A DNA stretch of 64,000 nucleotides from Octopus sinensis (lineage: Eukaryota): NCBI RefSeq assembly GCF_006345805.1, contig NC_042999.1:65534001-65598000 (forward strand), given 5' to 3'. The translations under genes and the position numbers were made by a program. Below, in pieces: positions 14,641 to 26,127 of this stretch. The notes below the pieces were generated by a model, which did no database searches, was not told where the DNA came from, and saw only the letters and a list, made by a program, of their open reading frames with translations. Every line of letters begins with the position of its first letter. Position 1 is the first letter of the stretch.

Positions 14641-15929
14641 ATATATAAGCAGATTCAAATTACCAGGGAGTGGTATGGGAGCATAGCAATTATTGCTGTG
14701 CGTTAGTATGTATATTTGAAACATAAATTAAAATAAAATAAAACACATGCATTCCCATGTATTCCAACATACATAGAATATATCCATATAAATAGGAAAA
14801 AGTAAAATAAAATAAACACCAGTTTTGTCTTGTAATGTGCCTTCACCAGATTCTTAAGCTGCCTCGTTTTACAATATTCAGCTGCTTTCATCATTCAAAC
14901 TTGTTGCAGGAAAATCAATTTGGTTGTTCTTATACGTTATTCTGTATTATTATTCCAATCTTTTCCTATGATGTTTTATGTTTTGTAAATAAATTATTGG
15001 AAGCAGTAATTGCATCAAGTAAAGAAGGACAATTTAAAATTCCATGCCTGCAATCCATGCAAATAAAGTTTAGATCAATATTCGCAACTCTAGAACAAAC
15101 AAATGTTGCCATTTCTCAGACAATCAGGAAGATGCTTCTGTTGTGCAATATGCGTTACGCCCCCATTTTTTTTTTACTGTTTTAATATATATCTTATTTG
15201 AACTGCCATTTGTTGTTGGTGAATTTGTTTGTTTCTCTGAGGCGTGGGAGATAGATAAATCAATAAGATATCGTAATACTAAATCGAAACAGCAGAATCC
15301 GAGATAACGAGTATTGGTCTTTCTCGGTTCTGATAATATATACAGACTTGCTGTGAGAAGTGCGAGCTGATGAGAGATTGTTTGTGAATACTATACGAGT
15401 ATAACGTAATATATACCCTGGTTAGTCCACTCTCATTTGCTCAGTGCATTCAATGCATCATTAAGTAAAATTTACAGCTGCAAGAAGTGGTAGTCCTTTG
15501 AAATTAACTATTGCTAAGTTGGATTGTGTTGCAATAGTCAAGGTTCCATATAGGTCAGGAGAATTTCGCGAGATATTTATCCAATTAATAGTTGTTCACG
15601 TGATAAGAGTTAGCTCATCAATAGTTGATTAAGATTCAATAATCATTTTGTGAAGAAACTAAATTTAATTTTCAGTCGATAAGAAACAAGTGTGTACGTT
15701 AATGACAGTAAAATGTAAAAAGGGGATTCTTAACATCTATTTGTTACATTCCTGCGTGTTAAAGAAGGTAAAATCTAAAAAACAGAGCTTTGTTAACAAC
15801 ATTAAATCCAGGTCTGTACATTAAATTTCTGTCAATTTTAAGGTTACATTCTTAACTACTTTTACATTGTTCATTTATTTGATACTTAGAAATTTCACTG
15901 ACTAACTATATTAATAATAAGGAAAACCG

Positions 15930-15956
15930 AATATATATATATATATATGTTTAAGG

Positions 15957-15988
<32 letters not shown>

Positions 15989-16365
15989 TATATATATATG
16001 TATATAATGTATATATATATGTATATAATGTATATATATATGTATATAATGTGTATATATATATGTATATAATGTATATATATGTATATAATATATATAA
16101 TGTTTATAATGTATATAATGTGTATATAATGTATATGCATATATATATATAATGTGTATATAATGTATATGCATATATATATAAAATGTATATATAATGT
16201 ATATGCATATATATATAATGTATATATAATGTATATGCATATATATATAATGTATATATAATGTATATGCATATGTATAAAATGTATATATAATGTATAT
16301 GCATATATGTATAAAATGTATATATTATGCATATATGTATAAAATGTATATATTATGTATATATA
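15930..16365. repeat. (ATATAATGTAT)-type minisatellite, resuming at 21019-21075 after the LINE insertion
   Basis: Repeated tatataatgtata / aatgtatatgcatata units on both sides of the CR1 element. Confidence 0.85.
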
Positions 16366-16703
16366 CCCTGGTATATATATGTGGATTAACTGTTGAAGTG
16401 GACGGACGTCTATTTGTTTCTCTCCCAAGTCAGCAGCAAGCTACACAGCTTCAAAACTAACTGACCTTAAATATATATATATTTGTAACCACGTGTTTGC
16501 CTACAAACCCGTAAGTACGTTTTCATTTAACTACAAATTGTTATATACAACTGTTTTTCTTTTAATATCCTCAAACAACCAAATAATCAAAAACTCACAC
16601 CCTTAAGAGAGAACATTTATATATATATACACTTCTTTAACTCCCAAGAAAGAATATATATATTTTCAAAATCAAAAGGAAAACAAACAAAAGAAAAACA
16701 AAC

Positions 16704-17922
16704 ATGACTAACTTGCAGGCCTGCAACAGACGAAATTGGTCTGATAACGAAATTGATGTTTTAATAAACACATGGCTCTCTTTCCCAAACAGAAAATCTA
16801 AATGTCTTGTGTTTGAATGAGATTGCCGAAAAAACATCACAAGTGGTCAACACACGATCCGTCAAACAGATTCGTAGCAAGTTGAAACATATCGAAGTAT
16901 CTTTCAAACTGATAAGAGGCCATTATGAAAAGCTTCTACATATTTTCACAGTTCAAGAACAACAACAGCTAGAAAATCAGCAGCCACAACAACAACAACA
17001 ACAGAATGAGCCACTCCTGGTTCCCAGCACAATGGCTGACCCTGACATCGGTCAGGCACAACAACAACAACAGCAACAAGAACAACAACAGCCACTCCTC
17101 AACTCTAGCTTACTAGACGATTCACTAAATGCCAGTATCTTTTCACCGCTCTCACAGCAACCACCACAATTATCATCATCATCATCGCCACCGCTGCCAC
17201 CATCGTCTTCTATCACCAAAAATACCGACAGAAAACCAAATAAGAAACCACTGCCCTCTTCCCCCACATCACCACCTCAATACTACTGCAGTAACAAAAA
17301 CTTAAAGAAACATAGGAAGCAGAATGCGCCCCCCACGGCACAAACAAGAAATCCCCAAATATGTCGCTATTCACTGCGCCAGAGACTCTGCACAAATAGT
17401 GACTGCATCTTCACGCATCTACCCGGCACTAGACGCACTACCGGCCAAGGCCAAAGCACGCATCCCACAATAACATCAACACCACCAAATAGTAAATCGA
17501 AATTCAAAACACACACAACTCGGAGTCCCAAAATCTGCCGGTATTCCCAACGTGAGAGAACATGTCTACTGAGTGACTGTCCCTTCACTCATCTTCCAGG
17601 GACCCGACGCACAAACAGAAACGGGGCCTCAAGCCAACACACAAACCTGAATAACAATAAAAATAGAAACACACCATGCTGCAGTAATGCTGGTCCAGTC
17701 TTTTCAGGAAGACACAAAGACAACAACAACAAAAGTGGAAACTACAACCCTATCCAACAGTGCAACCACACCTCCAGCCAAAAACTGCTCCCTAAGCAGG
17801 AAAATTCTTTTTTAGCCATGTTGAACATGGCAAAAGAGATACACAAAAACATTCTAGCCATCACTCAACACCATCCTATGCTATTACCCCAGTGCACCAA
17901 TTCCCCACATTGCTGCCACTAA
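16704..17922 (+). CDS. LINE ORF1: Myb/SANT-like N-terminus, polyQ and S/P-rich linker, two CCCH zinc fingers, C-terminal helix; one +1 frameshift near 16815
   Basis: ATG 16704 frame reads MTNLQACNRRNWSDNEIDVLINTW...KCLVFE*; the next frame reads NEIAEKTSQVVNTRSVKQIRSKLKHIEVSFK; C-x8-C-x4-C-x3-H at 17362-17418 and 17536-17592. Confidence 0.75.
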
Positions 17923-20900
17923 CACACACAAAAAATCCAAGCCCCCTGCAACAGTCAAAACCAGCCACTACACTAACCTCCACATTCCTACTCAATGCAC
18001 AAGGTGTCAGCCCTTCCATCAATGCACAAAAATGGAAGGTCCAATTCATTGAAGACTGGGTTGGTAACCATTCACACCACATCCCTTTCTTCAATCTCAC
18101 TGAGACCCACCTTGACAACTCCCACTTGGAAGCCGATGTGAGAGTGAAGAATTTCACAACCATCCGCGCGGATCGTATCGGCAGGAGGAAGGGTGGAACT
18201 GCCATTTTCCTGCATGATTCATTTACGGCAGATGGAAATAGTATATTCTCCAATGGCTACTGTGAATCAGTCACCGTGCACAACAAAGCCAATGACCTGA
18301 CAGTAATTGGGCTCTATAGGCCGCCCCAAACACCCATACTGTGCTTTAAAGAATGCCTCAACAGCATTAAGTGCTTTATTCAACAGTGCCATTCTAGCAA
18401 CATACTCATGATGGGAGACTTCAATCTACCCTGTGTTGACTGGACTACAAACTGTTTGAAACCAAGCACTCCCGCCTCAACCGCTGACAAAGAAGCAGCA
18501 GAGTCACTTTTCGACTTTACGAATGAGTTTTTCTTGTCCCAACTTGTCCTTGCACCAACAAGACATCAGAACATTTTGGACCTAGTGTTTAGTAACCACA
18601 CTAACACTATACATAACGTTACAGTGGAAAAATCCCTTCTTTCAGACCATGACATGGTTCTGTGTAACATGAAATTCCACCAGCCGAAAGCTAATCCTAG
18701 TGACCTTCCTCCAGCCCACCCATTTGACAACATGGATCTCCATAAAGCCAACTGGGATGCAATCAGGAACGAGCTATCAAATGTTGACTGGTCCTTTACA
18801 CATACACACATCTCCACCAACCATAAAACATCTTGGCAGATCTTTGTAGACACCGTCACAGACATATGTGCAAAACACTCCCCACCAAGACCTGTGAACA
18901 AAAAGTGCAGAATCCCCCAAAACAGAAAAACTATTATCAGAAAAATAAAAAGAACAAACAAAAAATTAACAAACTAAAGTACTGCCAACAGCAACACACA
19001 CATTCGACGGCTATCGCACTGCTTGAATCCAAAAAATATAACCTCCAACAATGCATGAAGACCCTCATCAATAACCAAAGATCAGCTGAGGAGAAGTGGG
19101 CCATTGAAAAAATCAAACTCAACCCCAAAGTGTTCTTTTCATTTGCGAGGAAACGCAGGGTCACTGTCTCCACTGTAGGGCCTCTAATTGACGAAACTGG
19201 CACTCTCCAAGATAATGCCAAATCCATGGCCGAGATACTGCAGAAACAATACTGCTCTGTTTTCAGCAATCCTGATATGGCCGATCTGGGCTGTATCAGT
19301 GATGTCAACCCCCAACACACTATATCGGACATAACGTTTAGTGCCCCTGATGTCTTAGCGGCGATAAACGAAATAAAACACAATTCAGCAGTAGGCCCCG
19401 ATAGGTTCCCTGCTTGTGTCCTGAAGGTGTGTCGACACCAACTTGCATCTCCCCTTGCTAATCTGTGGAGAAACTCACTGGATGCTGGCTATATTCCAAA
19501 AAACCTTCTGTCCCAGTCTGTTGTCCCAGTTTTCAAAAAGGGAAACAAGCCCCTTGCAGTGAATTACCGTCCGATCTCACTCACCTCTCATATCATCAAG
19601 GTATTTGAGAGGGTGGTGAGATCTCGAATAACCCAATTTCTGGAAAGCAACAGACGGCTGATCTCCAACCAACATGGGTTCCGTAATGGAAGGGACTGCC
19701 TAACGCAGCTCCTGCATCACTTTGAGGACATTTTGAGAGCTTTGGGAGAGGGCTCCAACACCGATGTCATCTACCTTGATTTCAGTAAGGCCTTCGACAG
19801 GGTCGATCACAAGATCCTATTGAAAAAACTATCCAACATTGGTGTCTCTGGAAAGTTACTGAAATGGATTAAGTGTTTCCTGACAGACAGATCTCAACAT
19901 GTTGTAGTTGAAGGGGTAAAATCAAGCCCAGCCAAAGTCAGTAGTGGCGTTCCGCAAGGCACTGTGCTGGGCCCACTTCTTTTCATCATTTACATTAATG
20001 ACATTAATGACATCATCAAGCACAGCAACATAAAAATCTTTGCAGATGACTCCAAGCTACAGAAGGTCATAAATGAGGCGAGTGACCGGACATGCCTTCA
20101 GTCAGATCTACTGGCTGTTATCCAATGGGCAGAAAAAAACAATATGCTGCTGAACGAGGATAAATTTGAGCTAATCCACTTTGGAAAAGAGGATGCCCTG
20201 AAACTCCCATACTCCCTTCCTTCAGGTGAAACTCTCGCGGCGTCCAACAACATCAGAGACTTGGGAGTAATTGTGGACAACAACGTAAGCTGGGCCTCTC
20301 ATATAAACACCAAAGTTGACATGGCCCGCAGAATGTGTTCCTGGATTCTCAGAACTTTCCAGTCGAGAGATATCCACACCATTATCCTTCTCTTCTCCAC
20401 TTTTGCCCGACCCCACCTTGAATACTGTTGTCCACTGTGGTCTCCCCACACAATACAAGGTATCATAAAAGTTGAAGCACATCAAAGGGCAATCACAAAA
20501 AGGATAGATGGCATGACAGGCCTCGACTATTGGGGTCGGCTAGAAAAGCTAAAACTCTATTCTCTCCAACGTCGTCGTGAGCGCTACATCATCTGCATGA
20601 TGTGGAAAATATTCCATCAGCATTGCCCAAATGATGTTGGCATCACCTTTAAGGTACATCCAAGGCTTGGGCCCCGTGCCATCCGCCCAAAACAAAAATC
20701 GCACTCTCATCTCATAACAACAATACGGCACAATTATTTCACCTCAATTGGCCCCGCTCTCTTTAACATTACACCAAAACACATTAAAACAGAAACTGAC
20801 CCTATAGGGTTCAAGAAGTCTTTGGACAGATTCCTTCAAGAAATCCCGGATAAACCCCCTACACCCGGATATGTCTCTGTAAACAATAACTCTATACTTG

Positions 20901-20926
20901 AGTGGGCCATAGTGCCCAAATTCTGA
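17796..20926 (+). CDS. LINE ORF2 (APE endonuclease plus reverse transcriptase), broken by a 1-nt deletion in the A6 run at 18960-18965
   Basis: APE motifs LLNAQG, LTETHL, GGTAIF, YRPP, MGDFN, LDLVF, SDH; RT motifs GPDRFP, NYRPISLTS, QHGFR, LDFSKAFDRV, GVPQGTVLGP, FADD (20039-20050), RPHLEYCCPLWSP, YSLQRRRERY. Confidence 0.93.
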
Positions 20927-21457
20927 CTTGAAAGACTTCACCAGGTGGTGCTATTAAGTTAGACATGGCCTGGGCCAATAATGGCCGAAACCTATCAAAG
21001 TATCAAAGTATCAAAGTATATATATTATGTATATATATATAAAATGTGCATATAATGTATATGTATATATATAGAACATGTATGCGTGTGTGTGTGTCCA
21101 ATGTGCAGAAAACTGATATTATTTTCTGTCAAAATAAATCGTTGAGAACGTTTAAATGGTGAAGCTGCGGATTTTCATTCATATTCTGAAATTGTGTATT
21201 AAATTTTATTACATGGTGTAAATGCAGTGAAACGAAAACTCATAAGAAATGAGCAAAATAAATGTTATAAACAAGCGTGAATATTGCTTTAATACATATG
21301 ATGTAAAGTAATTACTAACAATAATGATCTCTTTACATATCTGGCAGTAGAGCATTACAATGCTGACATGCAATATTGTTGTTAAACAGCAGTTTATGCC
21401 GGCTGTTGCTGGCAAAATTATAGACATGTTAAATAAAGATTTTGGTGTGTTTTACAG

Positions 21458-21497
21458 GCATTTGGAAATTTGAAAATTCAGTATAATCCTAGAAGAG
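21458..21497 (+). CDS. Candidate short coding exon (AFGNLKIQYNPRR-x)
   Basis: gtgtgttttacag|G acceptor, GAG|gtaaac donor; only frame 0 is open (phase 0 to 1). Confidence 0.3.
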
Positions 21498-22839
21498 GTA
21501 AACAGATTAAGATTAAAATTCTTGTACTTTATAAAAGCAAGATATATATAATGATTTTGGCAATAATGGAATGGCTCAAGTTGGAGTCAATCAAAAGAAA
21601 TGTTGCATAATTGTATAAGAGGGGAAGAGGTAATCTGTTATCAAGCAACTATATACAGTGCGATGTTCATTACATGACCAGACACAGTCACAACAGAAAT
21701 GCTTCATAAAACATCGAAATATGATTAATGCACAATACATCAACATTTGATGGATTGTCACCAATCTATAGTACAGGGCTATATTTTCAGCTATTCATTA
21801 CATTATGCAGCAAAATAAAGAAAAGAAAACCAAAAATGTACGTCTATTAACGGTCAAGGATCATAATGTCATTTATTATCATGTGAAATATGAATGCATA
21901 CGCGATCCACTCTGAGAGTTTGCGTTCATGATTTCGTAATACGGAAATATCTTTCAAAATATGGTAACAGTATTAAGAGCTAAATAAAAGTTCATAAGTG
22001 GAAATTTTCTAATATACAGTGTAGCTTTGATTTGAAATCTAACCGCTAAGTAGACTTTCAGACACACGATTGAACCGCAATATTTTCATGTGATCGGTCA
22101 ATTAGGCAACAACTCAGCATAAAACCGCCCTGTGATACCCTATTTTAGAAAGTTCTTGTACGCTATAAAAGAGTCGTTTTTGGTGCCTACGCTCTTTGCA
22201 GAGTGTTGACTCAGGTGTATGTCAAATTTCTCCATTATAGCCAATCAAACGGTCGCAGCAGACGAGTCAGAAAGCCGGCCAAGATAGATTGTTATCCAAG
22301 AAATTCCACGTCACTAAAATATCAGAACTGATTTCTGATCTGTTGGACAAGCAGCATGTTGACGTACGAATAGCTTTCTGTTACCTCAGAGCGGTATCTC
22401 TCTGCTAGCCTGTAATTATTACTGTTGTTAACTGATAAATGTTCAAGGGTGCTTCTCAGTTACTCCTTCACGCAGCCAAGGAACATATTTTCATTTATTA
22501 AATCAAATAGCTACCGTACAGCATCCACCAAATTTCATAAAACACACCTGGTAATACCAATAGAAGCTTACGAAAGAATTCATTAATTCGTGTACCCTTA
22601 TCACCATTGAAAATCCTGCAATAGATTATATTATTCCATAAGTAGTAAAGTATCTTTCTCAGGATCCGTAAATACATAATACATACATACATAAATACAT
22701 GCATACACGGATATGCATGTATGTATATATGTAGATGTGTGTGTGTGTGTATTAATTGAAGCCTGGTTTTAAAGAGGTTTCAGAGAGTATATATAAGCTT
22801 TATATCAACGTATGCTATCTTCAGTTAATTTATGTTTGG

Positions 22840-23063
22840 TTATTACTCACAAGGGGCTAAACATAGAGGGGACAAATAAGGACAGACAAACGGATTAAGT
22901 CGATTACATAAACCCCACTGCGTTACTGTTATTTAATTTATCGACCCCGAAAGGATGAAAGGCAAAGTCGACCTCGGAGGAATTTGAACTCAGAACGTAG
23001 CTACGGGCGAAATACTGCGAAGCACTTCGCCCGGCGTGCTAACGTCTCTGCCAGCTCGCCGCC
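22840..23063 (-). mobile_element. Near-full-length SINE family A copy
   Basis: Reverse complement of 4973-5207 along its whole length. Confidence 0.9.
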
Positions 23064-23199
23064 TTGAATCTGATAATATATACGCATCTGAGAGAGAGAG
23101 GGGGAGAGAAAGAGAGGCGACAGGAGAAAACAGACAGTAGGGTTATTGAAAGAACAGAAGTGGGGAAAGGCATTTGTCATTAGTGAAATTGCTATTGTT

Positions 23200-23830
23200 A
23201 ATTACACAAACCATAGGTTGCAGTGAGTTTGCTGCAAATAAAGCTCACCTTAAACTGCATTAGTGTGAACACATGAAACCTAATGAAGCCTGCTAAAACA
23301 TAAGAGTAAGTTTTTTTCCAAAGTTGTTGTCTTGTAGATGTTCGGGAATTAGTTTGTGGTCTTTTAGAGTGATGTAAGTCCTCTGGATTAAGATGACAGT
23401 CGTGTCTTTGATATTAAGGTTAATAGCAATATTTTAGCTAATGTGTTGACTTAATCTAACTTGGCAAGTTAATCTGCGTTTCTCTGTCATTGAAAACCTA
23501 GTTCATATAATTCGGTTATATGTTTGGCTTCTTGAAAGAAATTTTCCATTTCATTAGATTTTAATGTCATTCTTCCGTTTTATCTCCTTGATATTACTGC
23601 TTAGGCCTACTTGGAAGATCTTGCTGTATGTACGTAAAGTGATTTTTCTGTTATTGCGGGGCAAAGATCATTTTCAATTTGTTGAAACTGAAAGTTGTCA
23701 TACGGGGATTTACTAAAAGTTTTTGTTGTCGTTTTAGCAGACTTTTTTTCAAACATTTGTATTGGTATCGAATCCTTTTTCATTAGTGCTGTTCTTCCTA
23801 GACCGAACATTTTAAGTATGTTAAGACCGC
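23200..23830 (-). pseudogene. Degenerate Penelope-like element, probable N-terminal region
   Basis: Frameshifted minus-strand peptide (RQQKLLVNPRMTTFSFNK / ENDL / FTYIQQDL) resembles PLE N-termini from memory; adjacent to hammerhead motifs. Confidence 0.45.
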
Positions 23831-23917
23831 GCGATTGCGGTAGATTTTGAAAATTTATAGCATATAGACTTGAGGCTTCCTTACCATCGCCTCGTGGATA
23901 TATACTCGTCCTTGGCT

Positions 23918-24012
23918 TCTCTGCTGACGAGGCACGCCAGTTGTAAATAAATTTAATTTAATTTAATTAATTTGTTTACCAAAGTTTGCCGAAACTATGC
24001 ATAGTCCAGAGA
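23918..24012 (+). ncRNA. Canonical type I hammerhead ribozyme
   Basis: Stem I UCUCUG(23918-23923)/CAGAGA(24007-24012); CUGACGA core; stem II GGCA/UGCC; GAAAC; palindromic stem III ACUAUGCAUAGU; GUC cleavage triplet at 24004-24006. Confidence 0.85.
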
Positions 24013-24228
24013 TGAAAGGGGTAAACGTTTTTATTTCTCTTTCTATTTCAGAATTACAACTATTAGCGGTTTGAGTTTGGTTGCTCTTTCTAGTGAGTCG
24101 AATGTCCTATTATGGCCATTCCTTATATTTTTTAATGTATATTATATAGTCTTTGACTATCTTTTCTGTCTCGCTGGACCGCTGGTAGCGGAGAATTTTT
24201 TGCTACCCTTATATTTATTAATTTATAT

Positions 24229-24278
<50 letters not shown>

Positions 24279-24293
24279 AATAAATTTCCCCAA

Positions 24294-24339
24294 GACACCT
24301 GAAGAAGGATGGAGGGTATATCAGCCGAAACGTTGTGTT
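24294..24339 (+). ncRNA. Minimal type I hammerhead-like motif in a Penelope pLTR-type repeat
   Basis: GACAC-CUGAAGA-A-GGAUG..CAGCC-GAAAC-GUU-GUGUU; stem I 5 bp, stem II 4 of 5 bp, minimal palindromic stem III. Confidence 0.65.
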
Positions 24340-25004
24340 ATCAACAAGCAAGATGAGGACAAATATCCGTCGAATGTATATAATGCAAGTTATAAACGTC
24401 CTAACATCGTGGGAAAAGTGGAAGAATGGGGGAAACACCAAGCTTCATGCAGGAAATTTTGCAGAGACAAAGATTAAGGAAACAAAAAGTAGAGATGAGC
24501 TACAAGCATGTGCTCCTTTACATCTGTGTTAATCTCCGGTGTGAATCTACATGCTTATGTAAATGGCTGGTTCGGCTGTCGTCCGTGCAACATCTGTGCC
24601 TGTAAAATCTTGTATCCCTTCCACACACGCCAGCTTAATTTAATTCGTCCTTAGTCGAAAGACACCTGTTGTTACGACTTGTTATTTGTATTCGTGTAAC
24701 ATTCTCCGTTTTTATTCCGTCCTTGTCTTCGCATACATTCGCTGCTTTTTCCAATGAATCTAATGTTATTAGATTAGTTTTCCATTGGGACTGGCCAGAT
24801 TGCAGCAATCTCGAGTATTACCAGCCGAAATTGCAAAGATAATCTGGAACTCGACTGAGGAAAGAAAACTCCGAATGACACGTTCTTGTTTTGTTTGTAT
24901 CGTTTATCTGGAGGTTTTGTTGTCCCCTTTTTTGTATCACGTATCATATGTCTGGATTGTTTGCGTTCTTGTTCAATTTTGTATTTTTTATACATACTTA
25001 TATA

Positions 25005-25100
<96 letters not shown>

Positions 25101-25394
25101 AGTAGCGACAATATGATTATTAACTTCAAAAATTCAACATGTTCACTTAGCTACTTCCCCATTTTCTAGATTTTAATTCGAATATTTATATACCAAGATT
25201 TATATCTAAATCTGTTGTATTAGGAATATTTCTATTCACAACAGAATAATAGTTAACAAACCAGTAATTAATGGGATATTTTCTGTCCTTTAGTAGTTTT
25301 GTTTAACCTCTATTTAAATATATATATATATAGTGAAAGATTTAAAAATAATAATATTGATATATGCATATATATATATATATATATATGTAAT

Positions 25395-25575
25395 ATTTAA
25401 TAAAAACGAAGAAAAAGTAACAACCAGAAGAAAAACAACAACACGAGTACGTGTTACATACAAAGTATTAATAAGACGTTCAGAGGAAGAAAGAAAGGGT
25501 ATTTTACGTTTCGAGCAAAGTTCTTCTTCGGAAACAGGAGACAGAGGAAAGTCCAAGAGACAAGGAAGACGGAGG
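25395..25575 (-). mobile_element. Penelope pLTR-derived short repeat with degenerate hammerhead-like core (25501-25535)
   Basis: Reverse complement reads gttt-ccgaaga-a-gaac-ttt-gctc-gaaac-gta-aaat; homologous to 35250-35430 and 48830-49000. Confidence 0.65.
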
Positions 25576-26059
25576 AAAAAACTGCCAACAGTCCACATAT
25601 ATATAAGTGTGTGTGATTGTGTGAGTGTAGGTGTGTGTATACACACACGCACACATATATACATATATATATATATGTAAATAAATGTGCTTACATAGAT
25701 ACGTATTACTGAACAGCCATTAATGTGCAACTCGGTTAAATACTAATGGCTTTTGGCTTCATCTGGCCTGTGACTGGTAATTTTATCCGATATTACAATT
25801 TTCAAGAGGCATGAGGCATGCATGTTTGTACTGATATTTCAGGAAAAAATAAATATGGTTTGTCGACAGTCTTATTATACTGGATTATATAAGTATTAGT
25901 AGGTTTCTCTTTCCTATAAATGTCACCCCTTTAAATATGTGCGATTTGTGGTTGTCCATGAGTATATATCTCTATGTATTTTTATAAATATGTATATTTA
26001 TATGAAAATGCTTAAACATATGCTTACATTCACAGACACACTCACATACACCAGAAACA

Positions 26060-26127
<68 letters not shown>

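Larger units (their letters stand above)
16366..21018 (+). mobile_element. Full-length CR1-clade (CR1/Crack/L2 group) LINE of about 4.65 kb, near intact
   Basis: 5' UTR, ORF1, APE-RT ORF2, short 3' UTR and (TATCAAAG)3 octamer tail; candidate 19-bp TSD tatatattatgtatatata at 16347-16365 and 21019-21037 (low complexity, so weak evidence). Confidence 0.92.

Noticed and set aside
8328-16428. Dozens of long Y/I/M/C/V/H-rich ORFs (also at 25-26 kb, 32-33.6 kb, 49.7 kb and 55.2 kb)
   Set aside because: Translations of TA/CA/GT microsatellites and satellites; not genes
18955-18977. Programmed -1 frameshift between APE and RT
   Set aside because: C AAA AAA is not a canonical slippery register and no stimulatory structure is evident; APE and RT are normally one ORF, so a homopolymer deletion or error is more likely
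22247-22410. Open frame PIKRSQQTSQKAGQDRLLSKKFHVTKISELISDLLDKQHVD
   Set aside because: Weak donors and phase mismatch with 21458-21497; a competing small exon on the minus strand; cannot decide
24780-24845. gactgg…ccagcc-GAAA-TTGCAA hammerhead-like remnant
   Set aside because: CUGANGA and UH are missing
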